This document shows positions 19,659-30,002 of a stretch of 64,000 nt of DNA, one piece after another. Position 1 is the first letter of the stretch; each line of letters starts with the position of its first letter. Origin of the DNA: Candidatus Latescibacterota bacterium (GTDB lineage Bacteria > Latescibacterota > UBA2968 > SICM01); NCBI GenBank assembly GCA_965217865.1, contig CBDCJO010000002.1, positions 4,384,001 to 4,448,000 of the forward strand, given 5' to 3'. The position numbers and the translations under genes were made by a program. The notes below the pieces were generated by a model that saw only the letters and a program-made list of their open reading frames with translations, made no database searches and had not been told where the DNA came from.

Positions 19659-19905
19659 CAGAGATTGATTGGTTGGCATAGGCCTCTTCCACGTCGGATA
19701 TTTCATTCGGGGTAAGGTAGGCGACTTTCGCCTTTCCTGTTACCACTCGCCTTAAGGCTAATGTGGTCGGCTTATCGTCGGTCTCCACACTTTTTTCCCG
19801 TCGGCTCTGGTTGATCCATCGTGCCTCTCGAGCCGTGCCGATGACTGCTTCGTAAGGATTGACGTTATTCGACTCCAAATCCTCCCAGAAAAAGATCTCT
19901 ACCAT
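19609..19905 (-). CDS. rpoZ: RNA polymerase omega subunit with acidic tail
   Basis: NPYEAVIGTAREARWIN...KPTTLAL, and canonical gmk-rpoZ-coaBC synteny. Confidence 0.8.
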   Translation of the reverse strand: MVEIFFWEDLESNNVNPYEAVIGTAREARWINQSRREKSVETDDKPTTLALRRVVTGKAKVAYLTPNEISDVEEAYANQSISDEEEDSSGGDGGNIGL

Positions 19906-20016
19906 GAGGCTCTCCGCGTGAAAATTCAAGTTGCTGCTGCCCTCAAAATCCCCTTTTACCGGTCCTTAACTTCAACATTCGGGGGGCGGTTTATTGGGGG
20001 GTGGAGGAGCGTTGTA

Positions 20017-20631
20017 TTATTTCAGTTGTTCGAGCAGGTCCCCTTCATATCGGAAGCTGCGACCTCGCTCCGAAACAAGAATGGCTTCCATACACTCAAC
20101 AGCGGCTTCGATCCGATCATTCACGATCAGATAGTCGTAAGCCTTGAAGTGAGTCATTTCCTTTCTGGCGCTTTCCAAGCGCTTTCCGAGGTCTGCTTCG
20201 GCATCTGTCCCCCGGTCAGTCAAACGCTGTTTCAATGCCTCCATGGATGGGGGGGCGACGAAGACCGATACGCAATCCTCTTTAAGGCGGCTTTTCCATT
20301 CTGCCGCTCCCTGAACGTCGACGTCCAGAATAATGACATCGTGTGCTTCTTGTTGGGATCTGAGGGACTCCCAGGTGGTCCCATAAAGAAATCCGTGGAC
20401 CTCTGCCCACTCCGCGAAAATTCCCCGACGTATCCCATCACGAAATTCCTTCTCGCTCAGAAAGAAGCGGTCCCGCCCCTCTACCTCACCAGCACGGCGC
20501 GGTCGCGTGGTTGTGGTCACACACAACCCGAGGTTCGAATCCCTGGCGAGCAAGGCTCGACAGATCGATGACTTGCCCGCACCCGAAGGGCCTGACAAGA
20601 TGAGGGTAAAACCTTTTCGAGGCAGTACCAT
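20017..20631 (-). CDS. gmk: Guanylate kinase
   Basis: SGPSGAGKS, TTRPRRAGE, LYGT, LDVDVQGA. Confidence 0.96.
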   Translation of the reverse strand: MVLPRKGFTLILSGPSGAGKSSICRALLARDSNLGLCVTTTTRPRRAGEVEGRDRFFLSEKEFRDGIRRGIFAEWAEVHGFLYGTTWESLRSQQEAHDVIILDVDVQGAAEWKSRLKEDCVSVFVAPPSMEALKQRLTDRGTDAEADLGKRLESARKEMTHFKAYDYLIVNDRIEAAVECMEAILVSERGRSFRYEGDLLEQLK

Positions 20632-20634
20632 CTA

Positions 20635-21510
20635 TTATTCCACGTTCTGGACCTGCTCGCGGAGGCGCTCAATTTCCTCCTTTAATTCTACCACCAAGTG
20701 GGAAATCGCGGCTTCGTTGGCTTTCGACCCGATGGTATTGGCCTCGCGGCCCATTTCCTGAAGGAGAAAATTCAGCCTTCGTCCGACGGGCTCCTCCTGT
20801 TCCAGGAGATTGAGAAATTGGTCGTCGTGGCAGTGAAAACGGACACATTCTTCCGTGATGTCCATCCGATCCGCGAGGATTGCGACCTCAGCAGCAAGGC
20901 GCCCCTCGTCGAGCTCTTCCGTCAAAACCTGTGAGATCCGTTCGCGAATTCGATCGCGGCCTGCCTTTACTCGTGCAGGGGCAAGCCCCTCCACCTTTTT
21001 GATGAGGCGTTCAAGATTTTCGATCCTTTTCTCAAAATCCCGCCGAAGATGATCCCCCTCAGTTCGACGCATCCGATTACACTGGTCGAGTGCAGACTCC
21101 GTTGCCTCCCGGATGAGGGGCCACGTGGATTTAAGATCGATGTCGTCCTGAACGTAGCGAAAGACCTCCGGCAGAGGTGCCACGATCCGGGGATCGACGG
21201 CTTCCTTCAGACCGAAGGCTTCATTCAATCGGGAGAGGCCGTCGAGGTAGCCCCGCGCGACATCCAGGTTCAAGACAGGCACCCCTATGCCGGCATTCGC
21301 ACCTTCGTATGAGATCGTGACTTCGATGCGTCCTCGGGAAATAGAGCCCTGTACGACTTCCTTAACACGGAGTTCCAGGTTGGAAAGCGCCTGGGGCAGC
21401 CTGATCGACAGGTCGCTATACCGACTATTGACCGTTCTGATCTCGACCATTGCCCGGTTTTTGCCATCGGAGGCCTCAGCCTTTCCGAATCCGGTCATGC
21501 TGGCGATCAT
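20635..21510 (-). CDS. yicC: YicC/YloC family endoribonuclease
   Basis: MIASMTGFG, GRRLNFLLQEMGREANTIGSK, REQVQNVE. Confidence 0.95.
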   Translation of the reverse strand: MIASMTGFGKAEASDGKNRAMVEIRTVNSRYSDLSIRLPQALSNLELRVKEVVQGSISRGRIEVTISYEGANAGIGVPVLNLDVARGYLDGLSRLNEAFGLKEAVDPRIVAPLPEVFRYVQDDIDLKSTWPLIREATESALDQCNRMRRTEGDHLRRDFEKRIENLERLIKKVEGLAPARVKAGRDRIRERISQVLTEELDEGRLAAEVAILADRMDITEECVRFHCHDDQFLNLLEQEEPVGRRLNFLLQEMGREANTIGSKANEAAISHLVVELKEEIERLREQVQNVE

Positions 21511-21564
21511 CGTATGCTTCCTGACTCGTAGATCCCTCAATCCGATAAATTATTCGAAGACACA

Positions 21565-21668
21565 AATCTATTATATTATTATGGACATGTCAACCTCCAA
21601 TTCCCGTGCGGTTCTCGATATAGACCCCGGGAAAAAACTTGACAAGTGGGAGATCAGGAGGCTATAAT
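21565..21668. promoter_or_regulatory. Divergent sigma70 promoters
   Basis: Plus strand: TTGACA (21639)-N18-TATAAT (21663). Minus strand: TTGACA (21593-21588)-N17-TAGATT (21570-21565). Confidence 0.7.
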
Positions 21669-21727
21669 AGCCGCAGAAGGCCGTTCCGGCGTGAATTTCC
21701 AATCGAAATCGATTAGGGTCGTTATCC

Positions 21728-22132
21728 TTGAGCACAAAGTCCAAAATTTGGTTCGGCATTCTGGTGTCCGCAATTCTTTTTTCCCTCTGGCTGTTCATCG
21801 GATTTTTCCTCTCAACATATCTCCAGACCGGCGACACTTCCCCTCGTGTAGGCCTGTTCCTTGGCATTCTGGGGCTTCAGGTGGCCACGGCCGCTGCGAT
21901 CTTTTACACCGCTTCCAAGGTTGCCCTGTATCGCTACGAGGTCATTTTTCAGGAAAGGTTGAGGGAACAAATTCAAGAGATGAACCGGGGGATCGAAGAG
22001 ATGAAGGGTATAGTTAGGGAGATCGATTCCGCCTTTCGAGAGAGATCACAGGCGCTCACAAGAGAGGTTGCATCCGCGATTCAGGACTCGCTGGATGGGA
22101 AGGAGAGCTCACGCCTTGACGCAGAGGCTTAG
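21728..22132 (+). CDS. Hypothetical membrane protein (2 TM plus coiled coil)
   Basis: Two hydrophobic segments then an E/Q/R-rich helix, directly downstream of a consensus promoter. Confidence 0.7.
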   Translation: MSTKSKIWFGILVSAILFSLWLFIGFFLSTYLQTGDTSPRVGLFLGILGLQVATAAAIFYTASKVALYRYEVIFQERLREQIQEMNRGIEEMKGIVREIDSAFRERSQALTREVASAIQDSLDGKESSRLDAEA

Positions 22133-22182
22133 GCACACGGGTTTGAGAAGGTCAGATCAGTAAGGGATCAAAGGAAAACGAC

Positions 22183-23506
22183 GTGGGCAAAGAAGGGTTG
22201 CAAATCGTCCGAGAGACCGTGGGGGGGGCTGCGGGTAGGGCCGCCTCTTTCGGACCGAGACGGGCGTCTTCCTCATGTTGCGGTCTATCCGATCTTTCCC
22301 AATCGCCTGAACGGAGAATCACCGGACACGATCTCCCTCTCTGACGGCGGAGATGGAGGCGCTCTGATCCAGGAGGTCTCGTGCGAGGATGCGGTCCGAA
22401 TTTCAAATCCATTGGATTTCTCTCTCTATGGGGGTGAATCGGAATGCATCATAGGGAGAACCCAGAACCGGGCCCTGAAACATGATGTGCTTGTCCCTCC
22501 TAGGACGAGCCGATTTGCGCTTGTCAACTGTGTCGAGAAGGGGCAGCCGACCCGACACGGGAAGGGAATGGTTGTGGATGGCGTATCCCCCTGGAGCATC
22601 CGACTTGATAAGATGCGTCAGCTCGCGGAACGGGGAAAAATCGCACAGGACCGTGTCTGGGATCAGGTTGAAACTTTCCTGAAACGGGCAAAGGTTTCCA
22701 GCCGCACGTTGGATCTCCACGCCATGTATGAAAAGCGGGGCGCTGAGATCCAACCGTCACAAAGTTCCTTTCCATATTTGCCGGGCCAGGTCGGTGCGAT
22801 CTCCGCGGTGGGCCCAAACCTCTTTGTGGATCTCTTCTCCGAGCCGGAGATGCTTGAACGTCGGTTTGATGGCATCCTAAGCAGCGCTTTTATGGAGGGC
22901 TACGTCGCACCCTCCGACGTGCGGGTTCCGATGGATGTCGCCCGGCGGTGTCTGGACGACCTGCTTGCCGGGGTTCGTCATCAAAGAAAGCTACGCCCGA
23001 GATTCTCATCGCCGGATGAATCCGAGCTCCTGATGTGGGGGCCGGACATCACGGCTTCGGCGTTTATCAGCAAGGGGGACTTACGACACCTTTCGTTTCA
23101 CCGGTCCCCCGGAAACCTGGCGTCGGGGGGAGCGGAATTCGAAAGGGGCCTGGAGGATTTTCGCAGACACTACCACGACGAGAATCGGGAGTGGCTCAAG
23201 GCCTTGAGAGACGCCTACGCACCTCGACACCGATCGTATCAAGCTCGGATTTCAGAACTTATGGCCTTTGCGCCTTCCCACCGCATGCAAGCGAGGGCGC
23301 TTGCCAAAAGTGCCGGCCCAGTCCCGGGACCCGTGATCGGCATGGAGGAGGCCGAACCGGATCCTGAAGTTGTTGATTACCCGGATTCAGGGGTCATTCA
23401 AACGGCCATCGAAGGCCTGACAGGCAGGGTGAGCGATGATTTTTCCGCAGACCTGTGCAATGCGGAGGAGTTTCTGGACGGGTTGAAATTGAAGATGGAA
23501 ATATGA
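22183..23506 (+). CDS. ARPP-1/DUF6569-like protein, +1 frameshift in the G8 tract at 22221-22228
   Basis: IIGRTQNRALKHDVLVPP...NCVEKG and GQVGAI...DLF motifs. The GTG at 22183 (SD AAGGA) joins the 22412 frame if one G is removed. Confidence 0.65.
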
Positions 23507-23657
23507 TCCGGGGTGTATGCTGCCAGAGGACTCTGAATCTTTCCAATATCTCGGGTTTGTAACCCTATCAGTAGAAGTGGCAGTAGCAGGAAAAAGGAAA
23601 ACGATCTGATTGGTTCGGTTCAGGTGCCAAAAATCGGATATTCGGAGGAAAGTCGTT

Positions 23658-25354
23658 ATGTCACATCTATGCATCGCGATAGTCTGTGTGCTCAGCCTTC
23701 AGCATCCAGGAAATCTGGCCGCGGTTGAGGGCACGGATAATATCTCGACCTTTGGGGGAACTGGAGATCCGGGTTTTTCAGGGGATGGGGGGCCGGTCAA
23801 TGAGGCCGAGTTGACGAGTCCAAGTGACCTTTTCCTGGATGAAAAGGGGGTCCTCTACATCGTCGGTGACGGGCGGATCCGCCGGGTGGGCCTGGACGGG
23901 ATCATCACGACTATCGCGGGTACGGGCGAGAGAGGTTTCTCAGGGGACGGGGGACTCGCTACAGACGCCACCCTAAGGCCCTCCGATGTGGCCGTGGATT
24001 CAAAAGGGAACATATACATCGCCGACCCAGGCAATGACCGCATCCGAGTTGTGACAGTCAGGATCATCGATACCCTTGCGGGTTCAGGATTCGAGGAAAT
24101 GGCCTATTCGGGGGACGGGGGTCCGGCGAACCAGGCCGAGCTGAACCGACCCTCCGGCGTGGCCGTGGATGCGGACGGCATAAACGTCTATATCGCCGAC
24201 AACCTAAATAACGTTATCCGTCGCGTGGGCCCGGACGGGATCCTCGCGCTAACGGTCACATCCCTGGCGTTCGACACGACCGGAGTCGGGGGGAGTTCCG
24301 AACAGACCCTGGAGGTCTCGAACATCGGGACCGGATCCCTGACCCTCACCGGGTTCACGTTCAGCGGTGCGGGAAGAAGGGATTACCAGGGGCAGGAGAC
24401 GCTGCCCACGATCGACGCCGGGGGCATCGAGACCGTCACCGTGATTTTCACCCCAGCAGAGAAGGGGAACGTTCGGCCGTCCTGTTTGTGGAATCCGATG
24501 CCGGGCACAAAGGGATCGACGTAACAGGGTTCTCCGTGGAGGGTGGTCCGGAGATCAGCCTGTCGGTTACCACCCTGGCGTTGGAGACCATCAAGGTGGG
24601 TGAGAACGCCGTTCAGGGAACGATCACGATCACGAACCCGGGCGTCTCGGATCTGTCCGTCACCGGGATCACCCTGGAGGGGGCCGATGTTTCGGAATTC
24701 GACGTTTCCCCCACCGCGGCCACGATCGCACCCGGGGGATCGGAGACCATAACGATTACATTCGACCCTGCCTCCATCGGGAATAAGTCAATCACCGTTC
24801 ACGTGGATCACAACGCTGGGGATCAACTCACCGTCGACCTGACCGCTGTCGCAGAAGGCGGACCGGTCCTGGGGCTGCCGTCCGATGTCGTGTCGTTCGA
24901 CGGCGTGCAGGCGGAGACAATTGATCAGGGATCTTTCACGATCACCAACCCGGGCACCGAAGACCTCTCCATCACCGCGATCATTGTGGAAGGGACGCAC
25001 GCTTCCGAGTACGAGGTCTCGACGACTCAGGTCACGATCGCTTCGGGAGGGTCCGAGACGATAACGGTGATATTTTCTCCGACATCTCCGGGGACGAAGT
25101 CGGCCAGCCTCCAGATCGATCACAATGCGGGGGATCCCACGACTGTTCGCCTATCCGGGGTCGTTTATGCCGCCGGGACATCTCCGGATTTCGACGGGAC
25201 AGGCAAAGTGGATCTGGAGGATTTCTTCCTGTTTGCAGCTGCATTCAGTCAGGAGCCGACAGGTGATAACGTCCGTTTCGACCTGGACGGCAACAACAAG
25301 ATCGATTTTGACGACTTCTTCCTCTTCGCGGGGGCGTTCGGGAAGGAGTTATAA
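23658..25354 (+). CDS. Secreted NHL-repeat / choice-of-anchor-D-like Ig / dockerin-like EF-hand protein, frameshifted near 24465
   Basis: GFSGDGGPA NHL repeats, three ITNPG...ITFxP Ig modules and C-terminal DFDGTGKVDLEDFFLFAAAF...DLDGNNKIDFDDFFLFAGAFG. One added G at 24463-24466 fuses the two ORFs. Confidence 0.8.
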
Positions 25355-25530
25355 GTCGGAGGTCAGAGGTCGGAGGTCAGGGGTCAGGAAAAGCCAGGGG
25401 CCAGAGGTCGGGGGTCGGGGAAAAGCAGTAGCAGGTGGCAGGGGCCAGGGAAAAGAAAAAACTGTGAAACGTGAAACGGAAGTCAAGGATCGGATCACAT
25501 CCATCCAGCGTTTGACGTTTCACGGCTCTT
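25355..25530. repeat. Heptamer short tandem repeats (GGTCAGA/GGTCGGA, GTAGCAG, GTGAAAC types)
   Basis: GTCGGAG GTCAGAG GTCGGAG GTCAGGG GTCAGGA..., then GTGAAAC GTGAAAC and an inverted GTTTCAC. Confidence 0.7.
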
Positions 25531-25603
25531 CTTTCCGAGTCACGAGCCGCGATGATTCCCTCCAGATTTGCACAGGCTAGCCGCGGTCGGGGTGGAGCCC
25601 CCT

Positions 25604-25693
25604 TTAACAACGAGGTGTTTGAAGGATGATTTCGATTCGAAAAAATTGGCGATTGATTGGCTTGATAATTTTCTTGATGGTTATGTTCGCCAT
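25604..25693 (-). CDS. Putative 29-aa small protein MANITIKKIIKPINRQFFRIEIILQTPRC
   Basis: ATG preceded by AGAGGTATAAGG; AT-rich, in an otherwise ORF-poor intergenic region. Confidence 0.4.
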   Translation of the reverse strand: MANITIKKIIKPINRQFFRIEIILQTPRC

Positions 25694-26024
25694 CCTTATA
25701 CCTCTCTTGGCTTTCGGATAGGGGTGCGCACGTCTTCGACAACATCGTCTCGGGTGCGGCGCTACCGAACGATCGCTCAGAATCAATGTGTTACCACACA
25801 GGGTCGAGCTTCAAACTCAACTCGGCCTGTGCCACGTGGCTTGACAAGCCTCAGAAACCTACAAGGCTGAATCTGTCCGCCGAAAGCGCTACTGAGGATC
25901 TTTAGGGTCAAGAAATTATAGAATTTGACGAAAATTAGAGATAAGGATCCGGAATATGTTCGGGCCCGGTCAGCAGGAACCGATATTTCGTTTTAAGAAT
26001 TGGCCATAGACTGGAGAAATCTGC

Positions 26025-27035
26025 ATGCCAGACATACTGTCACAGGATGAGATAGATGCCCTTCTGACGGCCACAGGCAGTCCCGAATCAGGAGGGGGTG
26101 GTCGGGAGGTCAAGTCAGCCGCAGCTCCGATCAAGCCTGTTGTGACCTACGACTTTAAACACCCCAACCGGGTCTCTAAGGATCAGATACGCACCCTGGA
26201 GAACATCCACTCCAGCCTTGCCAGAAACCTAGCCGCCTCGTTCTCCAACCTCCAGCGGGCGGTGGTGGACGCCGACATCGCTTTTGTGGACCAGACCACA
26301 TATGCAGAGTTCATCATGTCTCTGTCCAACCCATCCTGCTCCTACGTCTTCGCCATAGAACCCCTGGGCGGACCGGCGGTGATCGATTTTGCCCTGCCGG
26401 TGGCCTATTCTTTCGTGGATCGCCAGTTCGGCGGGAAAGGAAGCACACCATCATCCGGAGATGCACGCGTGCTCACCTCGATCGAACGGAGCGTGATGGG
26501 CAAAGTGGTGGCCCGCACTCTGGAGGATCTGGAGGCCACCTGGGAAACCCTGCTGAAAATCCAGATGTCGGATGCGGAACTGGAGACCAACCCCGAATTT
26601 ATGCAGGTCGCCGCGGCTTCGGACACCGTCCTGCTGATCGCTTTCGAGATCAACAGCCAGCACGCCTCCGGCCTGGTGAACCTCTGCTACCCGTTTTTTA
26701 CCCTGGAACCCGTCATCAACCTGCTCAACGTGCAGAACTGGGCATATCGGGAAAAGGGGCGGAAGGAGTCCGAAAAGGTTTACCGCCTTTCCCAGCTAAC
26801 CCAGGTGATGGCCCCAATCCGGGCGGTCCTGGGGAAAGCAGAGGTCACCTTCGGAGATGTGCTGAACCTCCGCGTGGGTGACGTGTTGAAGCTCGACACG
26901 CGGGTGAAGGAACCCACCGTCGTCTTCGTCGGGACAAAACCCAAATCCCTGGGACGTCCCGGACTGGTCGGACGCCGAAAGGCCGTCCAGCTCTCTTCCA
27001 AGATCGAGAAGAACGACGAAAAGTTTTTCGAATAA
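26025..27035 (+). CDS. fliM: Flagellar motor switch protein FliM
   Basis: LSQDEIDALL CheY-binding peptide, YDFKHPNRVSKDQIRTLE, ETNPEF, NLCYP and a SpoA-like C-terminus. Confidence 0.93.
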   Translation: MPDILSQDEIDALLTATGSPESGGGGREVKSAAAPIKPVVTYDFKHPNRVSKDQIRTLENIHSSLARNLAASFSNLQRAVVDADIAFVDQTTYAEFIMSLSNPSCSYVFAIEPLGGPAVIDFALPVAYSFVDRQFGGKGSTPSSGDARVLTSIERSVMGKVVARTLEDLEATWETLLKIQMSDAELETNPEFMQVAAASDTVLLIAFEINSQHASGLVNLCYPFFTLEPVINLLNVQNWAYREKGRKESEKVYRLSQLTQVMAPIRAVLGKAEVTFGDVLNLRVGDVLKLDTRVKEPTVVFVGTKPKSLGRPGLVGRRKAVQLSSKIEKNDEKFFE

Positions 27036-27242
27036 AGCCGTCACGTGTAGCAAGTTCACTTATTTCAACTTCAGGTTAGGATTTCCACCGCTGGCCAGTT
27101 CTGCAATTTGTCCTTCAGCTCCGCAATTCAACTCCCTTTCCAACAGTTCGGCGGCCCTAACCCTCCAGTTTCTGACAGGTCCAGGACGCCCCCCTTTGAA
27201 ATCCTCCTGGATTTCTTTAAATCTTTTCTTCACCAATCAAAT

Positions 27243-27302
27243 AAAAAAGGGGGGTTACCACCGAAACCCGCGTCAGTATTGGGATTTGGCGGTAACCCCT
27301 TT
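27243..27302 (-). terminator. Intrinsic terminator, possibly bidirectional
   Basis: GGGGTTACC...GGTAACCCC stem with an A-tract on the left. Confidence 0.6.
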
Positions 27303-27405
27303 CAGATTTTCACGAATCAAAAACCGGATCCGGGTCCCCTCTGAGAGGAAAGACGGGAGGAGGGTGGGAATAGAGGATGGTTGGGGAGGGCCGGTCTGAA
27401 CCTTT

Positions 27406-27438
27406 AGGAGATGGATTTTATCGTCCATCTCCTCTTTT
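27406..27438 (+). terminator. Intrinsic terminator
   Basis: AGGAGATGGA-loop-TCCATCTCCT followed by CTTTT. Confidence 0.55.
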
Positions 27439-27490
27439 CGTAGAAATCGTTCAGGATTGTGGATGAAGAAACAACCGGTTGTCAGAATGC

Positions 27491-28255
27491 CTACAGCTCA
27501 CCCCCGAGGGCTTCGATGTTATTTTTTGCGGCATTGCGCCACTGATAATATCCCTTGAGGTGTGTCGTAAATTTCAGGAATTCCTTGAACTCTTTTATGG
27601 CCTCTTCGTCATCCCCCTTATCGATCAGCGCATAAGCCAGCTTGAAATGGGATTCCGGGTGTTCGGGCTTGTATTTGATCGCCTCTCGGAGGTGATAAAT
27701 GGCCGTGTCCAGATCTCCTTTTTTGTACAGGGCTTCTCCGAGATGGGAGTGTGCTTCCACGTGATCTATCTTGGCTTTGAGCGCCCCCCTGAAGCACCTG
27801 ATGGCGGAGTCCACGTCTCCTTTTTTGGTATGTAACTTTCCGAGTTCAAGGTAGGCATCGGCGTATTCCGGCCGAAGCTTGATGATTTCCCGGAAGACCG
27901 ACATTGCCGAGTCCGGATTTCCCTTTTTGACCAGTACCTGCGCAAGGTTAAACCGGGCGACGGTGTTGTTGGGGTGGGCGAAGATCGCCTGCCAGTAGAG
28001 GTTCACGGCTTCGTCCAGCATGCCTTTATTCTGGTAAGCGGCACCGAGACTTATCTGGGCGTTGATGTGATCCGGGTTCTCATCCAGAATCTTCTTGAAG
28101 ACCGCGATAGCTTCGTCCAGCTTTCCCCTCTGCATCAGCCTCACCCCCGAGGTAAACTCAGGGTCCTCATCGGCGGCGGCATCTCCAAAGGGACTTAAAA
28201 TCCCCACGACCATCACGAAAGAGATCCTTGCCAGAATAATAGATAGCCCCTTCAT
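27491..28255 (-). CDS. Secreted TPR-repeat protein
   Basis: Signal peptide and about 6 TPR repeats (AxxxLGxxY...A). Confidence 0.88.
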   Translation of the reverse strand: MKGLSIILARISFVMVVGILSPFGDAAADEDPEFTSGVRLMQRGKLDEAIAVFKKILDENPDHINAQISLGAAYQNKGMLDEAVNLYWQAIFAHPNNTVARFNLAQVLVKKGNPDSAMSVFREIIKLRPEYADAYLELGKLHTKKGDVDSAIRCFRGALKAKIDHVEAHSHLGEALYKKGDLDTAIYHLREAIKYKPEHPESHFKLAYALIDKGDDEEAIKEFKEFLKFTTHLKGYYQWRNAAKNNIEALGGEL

Positions 28256-28284
28256 GTACTGCCTCCTGATCCTGATTAAAGTTC

Positions 28285-29835
28285 CTATTTGGGCTGCACG
28301 GCCCGAGCCTTTCGGGTGGTCTCCATCGCTTCTTTCATCATCCCCTTTTTTCCATATGTCTGGGAAAGCCGGACCAGGCCTTTGTAGTCGTTCGGCCGTA
28401 ATTCCACGTATCGCTTAAAGGCCCCCAGGGCGGCATCGTATTCCCGCTTCCTGTAGTGAGCGTCCCCTTTATTGAAGTAGCTTCGGCAGAGCCAGTCCTT
28501 AACACCGGCGTTTTTCGGCTGAATTTTCAGAAACTTTCGAAAATAGGCCACCGCCTGGCCGTAGTCTTTCCTCCGGAAGCTGTTCTGGCCTCTATGGGCA
28601 TAGATTTTCGCCTTCCCCAACCGGGCGGTTGGGTCGTCTGGCTTAAGGCGAACCACATTATCGTATGCAGCGAGGGCACCGCTATAATCCGAATCCTTGA
28701 GCCGAATATCCCCGAGCTTTCTCCAGGCCTGGTCGCTCGACGAATCAGCCTCCGCAGCCTTCTGGTAAATCGCTTTTGCCTTTTCAGTGTTTTTCAGATT
28801 TTCATAACAGACTCCCGCGTTGAGCAACGGCGCTACGCTAACCGGATCCAATTCCCAGAGCTTGGTGAAATAGCCTGCGGCCTCCGCGTATTGCCTTCGA
28901 TTGAACTGGATGTTGGCGGCGAATTTCGCGAAGTCCGGCGCCCGCATGTCGGACGCCAATGCCTGAGAAGCGGCTTTAAGGGTTTTGTCGTAGTAGATCT
29001 TTGCTTTCAGGCTGTCCGGTTCCGACCCCGCAGTTTTGAACAGGGTTGAGGCAAGGTCCAGGGCTACACCATCGTCTGTCGGAGCGATAGACCAGGCCTT
29101 TTCAAGCGCCTCGATCCGTTGGTCGGACTTTCCGATCTCCTTGTAACTCCGACTGAGTTTCATGAAGTCATTCACATTATCGGCCAAGCTCATGACCTTC
29201 GCCAAAATCTCAAGTTGTTTGGGTTCGTTTCCGACCTCTTGATACCCCTTGCTGAGTTGGAAGTAAACCCCCAAATCGGCCAGTTCGGGGTTCATGGCCA
29301 GGGCTTTCTCAAGCGTCTCAATAAAAAGCTCAGGTTGTTTGTTCAGACGATAGACATCCGCAAGGAGTTTGACCGCCTCCGTCTTTGTCCCGTCGATACG
29401 GATGGCGAATTTCAGTTCCTCGATGGCTTTTTCTCTTTCTCCATCCCTGAGGGCGGCTCTCGCTCCGTTGACGTAAAGTTTCCACGCGCGGGCAATGAAC
29501 TTATCGGCATCCTCAAGATACTTGGGTTTAACATCCTTCATGGACTTGAGGATGTTAAAGGATTCGAGCATCTTCTCCGTCTTTCCAACGTCGCTGTAAA
29601 CCTGACCCAGGAGGAAGCGGGCTTCAGCATCATCCGGGATTCCCTGGACAGCTATCTCAAGTTGCTCGATTGCCTTGTGATATTCACTCAAGGAAATATA
29701 GAGCCGCGCCCCGCGTAGTGCGGCCGTGCCCGCTCCCTTCGAGGGCTTTTTGCCACCTTCGGCCGCGGACCATCCCATCGATAAGAGCACGCACAGGGAA
29801 ACTCCGATCCGGAAAACGTTGAGACTCCGATTCAT
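28285..29835 (-). CDS. Secreted TPR-repeat protein
   Basis: MNRSLNVFRIGVSLCVLLSMG signal and many TPR repeats; SD AGGAGA. Confidence 0.88.
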   Translation of the reverse strand: MNRSLNVFRIGVSLCVLLSMGWSAAEGGKKPSKGAGTAALRGARLYISLSEYHKAIEQLEIAVQGIPDDAEARFLLGQVYSDVGKTEKMLESFNILKSMKDVKPKYLEDADKFIARAWKLYVNGARAALRDGEREKAIEELKFAIRIDGTKTEAVKLLADVYRLNKQPELFIETLEKALAMNPELADLGVYFQLSKGYQEVGNEPKQLEILAKVMSLADNVNDFMKLSRSYKEIGKSDQRIEALEKAWSIAPTDDGVALDLASTLFKTAGSEPDSLKAKIYYDKTLKAASQALASDMRAPDFAKFAANIQFNRRQYAEAAGYFTKLWELDPVSVAPLLNAGVCYENLKNTEKAKAIYQKAAEADSSSDQAWRKLGDIRLKDSDYSGALAAYDNVVRLKPDDPTARLGKAKIYAHRGQNSFRRKDYGQAVAYFRKFLKIQPKNAGVKDWLCRSYFNKGDAHYRKREYDAALGAFKRYVELRPNDYKGLVRLSQTYGKKGMMKEAMETTRKARAVQPK

Positions 29836-30002
29836 GCCGGTGTTCTCCTTTCTGGCGCCGCAGGTGGATCCCGACGGCAGCCACGGTATGGAACAATCTC
29901 GGCTCTGAAGATAAGAAAAGTCCGGGGCAGGAGGGAAGTCAAGGAAAAAAAGCTGCGAAACGCCAAACGCGAAGGGGAAGTTGCAAAGGGGTGGCAGAAA
30001 GG

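Noticed and set aside
25700-26020. c-di-GMP riboswitch upstream of fliM
   Set aside because: A GAAA-containing stretch is present, but the GEMM P1/P2 consensus could not be built.
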